Source of the DNA: Candidatus Yanofskybacteria bacterium RIFCSPHIGHO2_02_FULL_43_17
GTDB lineage: Bacteria > Patescibacteriota > Minisyncoccia > 2-02-FULL-40-12 > GWA2-44-9
DNA: 64,000 bases
NCBI GenBank assembly: GCA_001794435.1
Contig: MGJU01000014.1
Coordinates: 27,494 to 91,493, forward strand
Reading direction: 5' to 3'
Part shown: piece by piece, positions 48,981-57,451 of the stretch
Layout of the letters: each line of letters opens with the position of its first letter
How positions within the stretch are numbered: the stretch's first letter is position 1
Translations under genes and position numbers: made by a program
The notes under the pieces: generated by a model
What the model was told of the DNA's origin: nothing
What the model saw: the letters and a program-made list of their open reading frames with translations, nothing else
Databases searched by the model: none

Positions 48981-51029
48981 ATGAGCAAAAAACGAAAACT
49001 ATCCAAGATAGCCCGAGCATTACCTATGCTTTTTTTGTGGCTGATCGTGGTCGGAATTATATCGTTTTTAGTCCTGTTCATATACATAGAATTGACTCTC
49101 CCGGCTCCCGAATCAATAGCCGTACGCAAGATCACTGAATCAACCAAGATATACGATAAGACCGGCGAGATTCTGCTTTACGATATTCACGGTGAAGAAA
49201 AAAGAACCATCATCCCATGGGACCAGATACCTGAATCGGCCAAGGAAGCAACTCTCGCTTCCGAAGATGCTGAATTCTATGACCACAAAGGACTTGATCT
49301 CAGGGGTATCGCGAGAGCACTTCTAAAAGATCTGCGAGATTTTGATCTGTCTCAAGGCGGCTCTACAATAACTCAGCAACTGGTCAAAAAAACACTCTTG
49401 GGTGACGAGAAAACGATCACCAGGAAACTAAAGGAAGCACTTTTATCTATAGAGGTCGAGAAAAGATACACCAAGGGTGAGATACTCTGGATGTATTTGA
49501 ACCAAATCCCCTACGGTTCTAACGCTTACGGTATAGAAGCTGCTTCAAAAACATTCTTTGGCAAAACCGCATCAGCATTGACTGTAAATGAGGCTGCGAT
49601 ACTTGCTTCCCTTATCAAAGCCCCCTCATACTACTCCCCTTATGGCAACCATGTCGATGAGTTGGCGGTAAGAAAGAACTCTCTTCTTGAGCGGATGGCG
49701 GCTTTGAATTTTATAACACCGGAAGAGTATGAGGAAGCTGTCAACGAAAAACTTGTATTCGGGTCTAATGTTGAGAAAATCCAGGCTCCCCACTTCGTGA
49801 TTATGGTCAAAGAATATCTTGAGAACAAATATGGACGAGGTGCGGTTGAAAGTGGGGGTCTGAAAGTTATAACCACCCTTGACGCCGAACTTCAGACCCT
49901 AGCAGAAGAAACGGTCAGTAAGTACGCCGAGATAAACAAAGAAAGATATAAAGCATCCAATGCCGCCCTTATTGCAATCGACCCAAAGACCGGAGAGATA
50001 CTGTCTCTCGTCGGTTCTGTCGATTATTTTGATATCGAAAATGAGGGCAACTTCAATGTTGCAACCGCAAAAAGACAGCCGGGTTCGGCTTTCAAACCAT
50101 TTGCTTATGCCGCTGCTTTCCAAAAAGGATATCCCGACTTTACTGTTTTGTTTGATGTGAAAACCGAGTTCAATCCGAATTGTTCCCCGGATACAGAGCA
50201 AGAGAAAGATCAGTACGGTCTTGATTGCTACCATCCAAGAAACTACGACGGAAGATTTAGGGGTCCTGTCACAATGAGACAAGCGCTTGCTCAATCACTA
50301 AACGTGCCTTCGGTTAAGACATTATATTTAGCCGGTGTGAACGACACTCTGGATCTCGCCGAAAAAATGGGCATCACCACACTTCAGGATCGGTCAAGGT
50401 TCGGATTATCTCTCGTACTTGGCGGAGCAGAAGTCAGATTGATTGATCTCGTTTCAGCATATAGCGTTTTTGCCAATGATGGCATAAGAAATCCCTGGCA
50501 TTTCATAAAAGGAGTTGAGTCGGCAGACGGAATGGTCTTGGAAAATAACGCTCCGGACCCGAAAAGAGTGCTCGATTCTCAAATAGCGAGACTTGTTTCG
50601 GACGTTATGTCGGACAACAGTGCTAGAGCGCCGGTATTCGGCTATTCAAGCTCTCTTTATTTTCCAGGCAAATCAGTTGCAGCCAAAACAGGAACCACTC
50701 AAGAAAACAGAGATGCCTGGGTTATTGGTTACAGCCCAACAGTAGCAATCGGGGTTTGGGTTGGAAACAACAGACAAGAGTCAATGACACAGGAAGGGGC
50801 CGGCATAAGCGCTGCTGGTCCTATGTGGCATGAATTTATGGCAAAAGCCGTTGAAAAGCTCCCGAGAGAAGAGTTCGTTAAGCCCGACTTGGTCTCCTCT
50901 TCCAAACCGATGCTTAATGGAATTTACGACGGTTCCGACCCTCACAATATACTTTATTACGTTGATGGGAACAGTGATCAGTTTAAGAACTGGGAGTGGT
51001 CAGTGCGCAGGTTTTTTGGACTAAATTAA
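48981..51029 (+). CDS. Class A penicillin-binding protein (PBP1A family)
   Basis: ED..FY.H.G, QGGSTITQQL, RK.KE, YLN, RQPGSAFKP, SLN, KTGT. Confidence 0.93.
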   Translation: MSKKRKLSKIARALPMLFLWLIVVGIISFLVLFIYIELTLPAPESIAVRKITESTKIYDKTGEILLYDIHGEEKRTIIPWDQIPESAKEATLASEDAEFYDHKGLDLRGIARALLKDLRDFDLSQGGSTITQQLVKKTLLGDEKTITRKLKEALLSIEVEKRYTKGEILWMYLNQIPYGSNAYGIEAASKTFFGKTASALTVNEAAILASLIKAPSYYSPYGNHVDELAVRKNSLLERMAALNFITPEEYEEAVNEKLVFGSNVEKIQAPHFVIMVKEYLENKYGRGAVESGGLKVITTLDAELQTLAEETVSKYAEINKERYKASNAALIAIDPKTGEILSLVGSVDYFDIENEGNFNVATAKRQPGSAFKPFAYAAAFQKGYPDFTVLFDVKTEFNPNCSPDTEQEKDQYGLDCYHPRNYDGRFRGPVTMRQALAQSLNVPSVKTLYLAGVNDTLDLAEKMGITTLQDRSRFGLSLVLGGAEVRLIDLVSAYSVFANDGIRNPWHFIKGVESADGMVLENNAPDPKRVLDSQIARLVSDVMSDNSARAPVFGYSSSLYFPGKSVAAKTGTTQENRDAWVIGYSPTVAIGVWVGNNRQESMTQEGAGISAAGPMWHEFMAKAVEKLPREEFVKPDLVSSSKPMLNGIYDGSDPHNILYYVDGNSDQFKNWEWSVRRFFGLN

Positions 51030-51302
51030 CAGTTTTCTGAAGATAATTCCCTCATTTCTCAATTCGTTCTCCAGGATTCTTATTTTTAAGGCAATCTCTT
51101 GAGCGATCAGTTTATTATCCAGCTCTATTTTAATAATACCCTTGTTGATTGTATAAGAAAGGTGGTAATCCAGATCTGTTTTTTTAAGAACCTCTTCTTT
51201 TACGAATCTGGCGAACACTTCGTCAATTTTTAACTTCATACTTAACTCGTCCTCAATTGACTTTCTTTTTCTTAAAAAAAACCCTGTCGTATTTTTAAAC
51301 AA
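51021..51302 (-). CDS. Possible DciA/DUF721-like protein
   Basis: Lies downstream of dnaN, KGIIKIELDNKLIAQEI pattern. Confidence 0.4.
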   Translation of the reverse strand: MFKNTTGFFLRKRKSIEDELSMKLKIDEVFARFVKEEVLKKTDLDYHLSYTINKGIIKIELDNKLIAQEIALKIRILENELRNEGIIFRKLLI

Positions 51303-51374
51303 ATTTACGTATTACGTATTACGTATTACGTATTTTTAGTTCCAATACGCAACCCGAAATGCGTAATTAAATAA

Positions 51375-52466
51375 TTAACTTCTAAGAGGCATTATAAGAT
51401 AGGTGAGATCTTTGTTGTTGTCGTGAGGTTTTATTATCAACGGATTACCATTACCGGTGAATTCAAGTACAACCTTCTCGCTGTCCATTATCTTCAGTCC
51501 GTCCAATAAGTAGTGGTAATTGACTGAAATTTCAAATGGATCATTCTTCAATACGGCGGGAATAGTTGTTTCTATCTCGCCCTTATCAGAATTTTTGGAT
51601 TTTATAACAATCTCGTCTTTTGAACATAGGAGTTTGATGTCAGAAATATTCGAGGAAAACAATCCTGCCAGACGGATATCTTTTTCAAGGTCATCTTTCT
51701 GCACAAGTATGCGAGATAAGAATTTACTCGGTATTACTTTCTTGTAGTCAGGGTAGTTCCCGTCAATAAGACGCGAAACGAGTTCGAAATCATTATTGTA
51801 AAATAAAATCTGGTTATCTCCTATTTTTATTTCTATGTCTCCCTCAATATCGTTTGTTATCCTTATCAACTCCATAACAGTATTTCTAGGTATTATCACG
51901 CTATATTGACCGGAGTTTTTTGTGTCAAAACTTACTTCCGATAAACGAAAACTGTCAGTAGCAGCAAAGGTTAACTTCTTATCATTAACACTAGCATAGA
52001 CACCTGCTAACTCCGGCCTTGTCTCAGATAAAGCAATTGCGTCAGCGACAGAATAAAGCATATTTCTCAATATTTTTGACGATACCAGAGTAATTGGGTC
52101 TTCTTTTAATTTAGGAATAATTGGGAAATCTTTAGGATCAAACCCCAATATTTGTGTCTTGTATTTATCGGAGTTGATGAATAAAATGTTGTTTTTGGTA
52201 TGTAATGTGATTTTTTCGTCGGATATATTATTTATAAAATCTGAAGATACTCTTGCTGGTATAGCTATTTCCCCCACCTCGTCTATCTTCGCTCCGATTG
52301 TACAATTGATGCCAATCTCTAAATTCGTTGAAGATACTCTTAAACGACCATTGTCGGTTTTTATAAGTATATTATTCAATATTGGCAGAGATGGATTTCT
52401 CGAAACTATTTTTTCAACCAAACCCAAGGCTCGTCTAAGATTTTTTTGATTTACTGTAACTTTCAT
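51375..52466 (-). CDS. dnaN: DNA polymerase III beta clamp
   Basis: LPILNN, TNLEI, RPELAG, ATDSFRL, SRLIDGNYPDY, YLIMP. Confidence 0.96.
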   Translation of the reverse strand: MKVTVNQKNLRRALGLVEKIVSRNPSLPILNNILIKTDNGRLRVSSTNLEIGINCTIGAKIDEVGEIAIPARVSSDFINNISDEKITLHTKNNILFINSDKYKTQILGFDPKDFPIIPKLKEDPITLVSSKILRNMLYSVADAIALSETRPELAGVYASVNDKKLTFAATDSFRLSEVSFDTKNSGQYSVIIPRNTVMELIRITNDIEGDIEIKIGDNQILFYNNDFELVSRLIDGNYPDYKKVIPSKFLSRILVQKDDLEKDIRLAGLFSSNISDIKLLCSKDEIVIKSKNSDKGEIETTIPAVLKNDPFEISVNYHYLLDGLKIMDSEKVVLEFTGNGNPLIIKPHDNNKDLTYLIMPLRS

Positions 52467-52499
52467 TTTATTAGAAGTAGTCCCGCCAAAGTCATTCAA

Positions 52500-52813
52500 A
52501 CTCGCAACAGAGTTGCGATCAACACTTACAGCGGAGTTAGTATTTATTATAATTTAATTAAATAGGTTATTACTTATTATTATAGTAGCCGATTTTGTTG
52601 ATAATTTATACTTATATCTTAAAAAACCAGATTTAAAAGGATTAATCTAATCTATAGTTTAAAAACAAACTGTGCACAAATTATTCATTAACTAAGGAAT
52701 AATAGTTGAATACTTGGGATAATTTCCCTATCTCGGTAATTTTAAACTTTCAACCAACTCGATATCAACTAACCTTCAACAGGTTTAGGATAGCCCCGAA
52801 CCAGTCGAACAGA
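52500..52813. other. Probable oriC region (dnaA-dnaN intergenic)
   Basis: AT-rich, with DnaA-box-like 9-mers TGTTGATAA, TGTGCACAA, TTGGGATAA. A further TGTGTATAA lies at 54334-54342 upstream of dnaA. Confidence 0.6.
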
Positions 52814-54187
52814 CTACTTTTCAAAAGAATTATAAACACGTTCTCTAATAAGAACCAACTCCTGTTTTAACGGCTCATCAACCGATAATTCGGACTTTAT
52901 TTTTTCGCAAGCATGAATAACAGTTGAATGATCTCTTCCTCCCAATTTCTGGCCTATCTCTGGAAAAGATAATTTTGTTTCCTCCCTCAATAAGAACATA
53001 GCGATCTGACGAGGTTTAACAACTTCTTTCTTGCGACTTCTTTTGATAAGGTCACTACCTGAAATACTGTAAAAATCCGCTACCGCTTTAAGTATCGACT
53101 GCGGGGACGTCTTTCTATAAGGACTGCTTAGGTAAGTGTTTAAGATATTCTTAACTTCTTTTATATCAGGTATCCTGTTATAGATTTGACTGAAAGCGCC
53201 GACTCGGTTCAAAGCGCCTTCTAATTCCCTCACATTATTCTGTATATGAGTAGCGATGTAAGTAAGGGTTTCTTCGTCAAAATCATAATTTTTTTCGTTA
53301 CTTTTCTGCTTAAGTATAGCCAGACGTGTCTCAAAATCAGGAATACCTATGTCCGCTATCATACCGCCTTCAAAGCGCGATCTCAGACGTTCTTCCAAAG
53401 CCGGGATTGCTTGTGGCGGCCTGTCTGAAGAAAGGACTATTTGTTTATTTCTTCCGTAAAGTTCATTAAATGTCGAGAATATTATATCTTGGGTCTTTTC
53501 TTTGCCGGCTATGAATTGGATGTCGTCGATCATTAGCAGATCCAGCTGGGAATATTTGGATTTGAGGTCTTCTATTGTTCTATGAACAAGTGCCTCCAAA
53601 ATACTTGCCGTAAACCTTTCAGCCGATATATAGAGGATACTTTTTGGATTACCCTCTATCAAGAGCTTATTTCCCATCGCCTGAAGGAGGTGGGTTTTAC
53701 CTAATCCTACTCCGCCATAGAGAAACAAGGGGTTATAAAGCTTGCCCAAGCTCTTCGTTACAGCCAAACACGCCGCATGGGCCAACTCGTTATTCGATCC
53801 GACAATGAACGACTCAAAAGTATATTTTTTGTTTAAGTTGGTGGCTTTGTCTACGTCTTTATCCACTTCAATATTGGACCTGGACTCGAGTTCCCTTTCC
53901 AGTATGACGTTGGAAAAATCATGTTTCGCCAGCTCTATTTTAGGACGGCCTATGGTGTAGCGGATCTCTCTTATTTCCGGACTCTGGTTTCTAATTGACT
54001 CAAGGATTTTTTTATTAAACTTGTTTTCGAGCCATTCTTTAATAAAGCCGTTAGGCACACTAACTATCACCGCGTTCTTGTCTTTTGACAAAACAGAGGT
54101 GTTTTTAAACCAAGTAGTGAAATTGGCCCGCGTAAGGGACAGTTCCATTTCTCCAAGCACCGCTTTCCAAAGCTCCTCATTAGTCAT
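52814..54187 (-). CDS. dnaA: Chromosomal replication initiator DnaA
   Basis: YNPLFLYGGVGLGKTHL, IDDIQF, RLRSRF, NVRELEGAL, GGRDHSTV. Confidence 0.97.
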   Translation of the reverse strand: MTNEELWKAVLGEMELSLTRANFTTWFKNTSVLSKDKNAVIVSVPNGFIKEWLENKFNKKILESIRNQSPEIREIRYTIGRPKIELAKHDFSNVILERELESRSNIEVDKDVDKATNLNKKYTFESFIVGSNNELAHAACLAVTKSLGKLYNPLFLYGGVGLGKTHLLQAMGNKLLIEGNPKSILYISAERFTASILEALVHRTIEDLKSKYSQLDLLMIDDIQFIAGKEKTQDIIFSTFNELYGRNKQIVLSSDRPPQAIPALEERLRSRFEGGMIADIGIPDFETRLAILKQKSNEKNYDFDEETLTYIATHIQNNVRELEGALNRVGAFSQIYNRIPDIKEVKNILNTYLSSPYRKTSPQSILKAVADFYSISGSDLIKRSRKKEVVKPRQIAMFLLREETKLSFPEIGQKLGGRDHSTVIHACEKIKSELSVDEPLKQELVLIRERVYNSFEK

Positions 54188-54369
54188 ACTAGGTAATTAA
54201 TTTTGCAGTTAGCAGTTAATTTAGTACGCGATTCGATCGCTGTCGGGTCGTAGCTGGGAAATCTGCTGTTCGACATAAAAAGAATTATAGCTGATTAAAA
54301 TTTTAAAACGAATACTGTTTTTAGTTGATATACTGTGTATAACAAGTGGAAAAATAAAGACAATATTGA

Positions 54370-54487
54370 CCCCGCCCTTGAAAAGCAGTGTAATAGTTAA
54401 CCAGCCATCAAAAAATACTTTTAGGAATATTTTATTTAGTTTGAAATAAAATTTCTACAAATCCTGGGCTGCTTTTCAAGGGCGGGG
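54370..54487. repeat. 118-bp TIR element (TTGA type) at the rpmH promoter
   Basis: TTGA|CCCCGCCCTTGAAAAGCAG ... CTGCTTTTCAAGGGCGGGG|TTGA, followed by TTGACC-N17-TAAATT. Confidence 0.85.
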
Positions 54488-54525
54488 TTGACCAGGATGC
54501 TAAATTTTTGTAAATTATATACTAT

Positions 54526-54672
54526 ATGACATTATCAAAAGCACTAACATATCGGCCAAAAAAGAAAAAAAGAAAGAGAAAACACGGCTTTCTGGCAAGG
54601 TCAAGCTCAAGATTTGGTAAAAGAGTTTTAACAAAAAGAAGGAGAAAAGGCAGAAAACGGCTAACGGTGTAG
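54526..54672 (+). CDS. rpmH: 50S ribosomal protein L34
   Basis: [18 protein letters not shown]...[14 protein letters not shown], canonical position divergent from dnaA (below the ORF-track size cutoff). Confidence 0.93.
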   Translation: MTLSKALTYRPKKKKRKRKHGFLARSSSRFGKRVLTKRRRKGRKRLTV

Positions 54673-54748
54673 TTAGCGACTAGCGACTAGCCAATAGCGA
54701 CCCCGCCTTGGCGGGGTGGCTAGGGGCTATTAACTAGTAGCTAGTTGT

Positions 54749-55081
54749 GTGGCTTTACCAAAGAAGAACAGACTATCCAACAAGAAAGACATAGACCGCG
54801 TTTTCAAGAACGGCAGGACTGTTAAGGGCAGTTTTTTATTTATCAAGTTGTCAGACAATCCGAGAGGATATTCAAGGTTTGCTTTCATTGTTCCGTCAAA
54901 ATATGTTCCCATCGCCGCAGACAGGAACAGAATAAAGAGAGTATTTTCTGAAGAGGTAAGGAATGGCCAGATTTTATCCGGAAAAAGCCGCGATGTGATT
55001 GTGTTTGCTTGTAGAAAAATAACCCGAAGCGAACTCGACAATTTAACAAAAGATTTGAGAGGACTTTTGTCAAAGATATGA
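54749..55081 (+). CDS. rnpA: Ribonuclease P protein component
   Basis: LPKKNRL...VFKNG, AADRNRIKR, rpmH-rnpA-yidD-yidC synteny. Confidence 0.9.
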   Translation: MALPKKNRLSNKKDIDRVFKNGRTVKGSFLFIKLSDNPRGYSRFAFIVPSKYVPIAADRNRIKRVFSEEVRNGQILSGKSRDVIVFACRKITRSELDNLTKDLRGLLSKI

Positions 55082-55198
55082 ATCCCGAACGAAGTAGCCC
55101 TAGCGGGTTAAACGAGCGGGGCATAGATTAACAACAATAGTTGTTCTACGCACGTAATGGTCGTTCCATAACTGCGCAGCAGCTACTTCGTACGGGAT
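55082..55198. repeat. ATCCCG...CGGGAT element at the rnpA/yidD junction
   Basis: ATCCCGAACGAAGTAGC ... GCTACTTCGTACGGGAT, ATGAA duplicated at 55078 and 55197. Confidence 0.82.
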
Positions 55199-55427
55199 GA
55201 AAGAAATAATTTTGGGAACGATAGTCGTCTACAAAAAATTATCGTTGGGCCTTAGAATTGCACGAGTGCCTATTTTTATATATACCGACTGCAAATATTA
55301 TCCTTCTTGCTCAGATTACGCGGTTGAAGCGATAAACAAGCACGGGGTTTTAAGGGGTTTGATAAAATCGTTTCTGCGTATTTTGAAGTGTTCCCCCGTT
55401 TCAAAAGGGGGAGTAGATATGCCGTAA
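55197..55427 (+). CDS. yidD: Membrane protein insertion efficiency factor YidD
   Basis: CKYYPSCSDY..EAI.KHG...RILKC.P...GGVD. Confidence 0.92.
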   Translation: MKEIILGTIVVYKKLSLGLRIARVPIFIYTDCKYYPSCSDYAVEAINKHGVLRGLIKSFLRILKCSPVSKGGVDMP

Positions 55428-55493
55428 GTAGCCACTAGCCAATAGCCACCCCGCCAAGGCGGGGTCGCTAGTGGCTAGTCGTTAGTCATTAGA

Positions 55494-56198
55494 TTGTTTA
55501 ATCTCTACAACGAAATCCTATATCGACCCCTATTCAATGCTATGGTCTATCTCCAGGGCATAATTCCTGGTGGCGATTTGGGGCTGACTATTATTATCCT
55601 AACCGTAGTGATAAGGGCGTTGTTTGCGCCTCTCTCTTTGAAAACCATCAAATCTCAGCGATCACTCAGAGAGTTAGCTCCCAAGATCGATGAGGTAAAA
55701 GCGAAATTAAAGAATGACACCGCCGCTCAATCAGCCGCAATACTGAAACTTTATAAAGAAAACAACGTCAACCCTCTGGCCGGATGCTTGCCTCTTTTGG
55801 TACAGATACCGATATTGATAGCCTTGTACCAAGTCTTTATAAAGGGAATAACTCCGGAAAGCTTAACCCTCCTTTACAGCTTCATTTCCACGCCGGAGCT
55901 TACTGACCACAATTTTCTGGGCTTGCTTGATGTTACTAAAAACAACAGGCTCCTTACGATTATTGCCGGAGGGCTTCAGTTTATTCAGTCCAAGCAGGCG
56001 GCGGCTTTACAGGGCGATAGCGGGTCTCCGCCAGCTGGTGGAAAAGAACTGGCGGCTATCAGCAAGCAAATGTTGTATTTTTTCCCCGTTATGATTATAA
56101 TTATTGGTTGGAATTTGCCGGCCGGCCTTATCCTTTATTGGGTAACGACAACGGTTTTTTCAATGTTTGAGCAGTATTTCATTAAGACAAAGAAATAA
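55494..56198 (+). CDS. yidC: YidC/Oxa1 membrane insertase (short form)
   Basis: LYKENNVNPLAGCLPLLVQIPI, PAGLILYW. Confidence 0.92.
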   Translation: MFNLYNEILYRPLFNAMVYLQGIIPGGDLGLTIIILTVVIRALFAPLSLKTIKSQRSLRELAPKIDEVKAKLKNDTAAQSAAILKLYKENNVNPLAGCLPLLVQIPILIALYQVFIKGITPESLTLLYSFISTPELTDHNFLGLLDVTKNNRLLTIIAGGLQFIQSKQAAALQGDSGSPPAGGKELAAISKQMLYFFPVMIIIIGWNLPAGLILYWVTTTVFSMFEQYFIKTKK

Positions 56199-56255
56199 GT
56201 AGTTGTCCAAGAGGACGAGCGTTTTACGCGAAGTCCGATTGGCTACAAGTACTTA

Positions 56256-56419
56256 CCCCGCCCTAACTTTGCTATCGAAAACAAGAAAATCAATAGTATA
56301 AAGTATAGAGCATTGTACACGAAAGCGCGGCGGACCCTGAATAAGGGATTCCGCCAAAAGCGGAATTGGCTATTCGCCACCGCTGGCGCCGTCAATTCAA
56401 TGGCAAAGTTAGAGCGGGG
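56256..56419. repeat. CCCCGC...GCGGGG TIR element nested in a larger palindrome
   Basis: CCCCGCCCTAACTTTGC ... GCAAAGTTAGAGCGGGG. Confidence 0.65.
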
Positions 56420-56458
56420 TGGTAAGTTTGTAGCTATTCGCTTCGCTCATAGACAAAT

Positions 56459-56935
56459 ATGGCACAAAAATTAGACAAGGACGATGTTTTAAGAGCCGTA
56501 ACGAAAGTGGCTGGTTTTATGAATATTGAATGTCAAATTGAAGCGAAAGAAGAACCTGCCGATAAACACGGAGAAGGAGCTGTTGTTGTGTCTGTTCAGA
56601 CGCTTGATAACGCCAGATTTTTAATTGGCAAGAACGGCCAAAACCTGAAGGCTTTGGAACATGTTCTTAGGGCTATGCTGGTTAAAGACGGGAAAGAAGG
56701 CACCATCGTTTTAGATGTGAATGACTATAGGAAGTCCCGAGCTACCTATCTTGTTGATGTGGCTAAACAAACAGTTGCAAGAGTAAGGAATACGCAGAAA
56801 GCCGAAGCCTTGTTTCCAATGTCGGCTTATGAAAGGCGGATAGTCCATATGGAGCTTGCGGCTTATCCTGATATTGCTACAGAAAGTGTCGGCGCGGAAC
56901 CGCAAAGAAGGGTTATAATCAAACCGTATCCATAG
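56459..56935 (+). CDS. jag: Jag/KhpB-type RNA-binding protein (KH plus R3H)
   Basis: LIGKNGQNLKALE, LDVNDYR, PMSAYERRIVH, TESVGAEPQRRV. Confidence 0.88.
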   Translation: MAQKLDKDDVLRAVTKVAGFMNIECQIEAKEEPADKHGEGAVVVSVQTLDNARFLIGKNGQNLKALEHVLRAMLVKDGKEGTIVLDVNDYRKSRATYLVDVAKQTVARVRNTQKAEALFPMSAYERRIVHMELAAYPDIATESVGAEPQRRVIIKPYP

Positions 56936-56972
56936 AGATCGCTCACCCCAGCTACTCTTTTCTCACGAACTC

Positions 56973-57119
56973 CTCATAGAGCAGTTACGATTCGCTCCTA
57001 ATTTTTCTGACCGCTCGGGGTCACCCCTGTCAGGCCATGCGGTCCCGCCAAGGCGGGACCGTTCCTGACATCCCCGACTCGGTTTCTCAGAAAAATGTCG
57101 TCGCTCATCTGCAACTGCT
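56973..57119. repeat. 147-bp structured dispersed repeat, copy 2
   Basis: Colinear with 18064-18210. Confidence 0.85.
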
Positions 57120-57451
57120 AACTACTCGTCATCAAGTGAGAAAAGAGAAGCAAGGGTTTCGCTCCTTGTCATTTAAATCTGAGCAACACCTATCGCAATT
57201 TTATCACTTGACGAGCCCGCCAAAGTTTTCCAATGGAAAATTTAGGCGGGCGAGTCAAGAAAACTTATGAGAGTGAGGCGGATTTTATCTGAAATCATAG
57301 GTCGAACGCCCAGCCCCTCTTTTCAGAGAAAAGAGGGGCTGGGAGGCAAGAGAGGGTTACCTGTGATTTTAGAACATAAACCCTGCTCTATCTTGAGTAA
57401 GTTTTTGAAGGTGAGGAATCGTGATAAAATTGCGATAGAAGTTGCGAGCGA

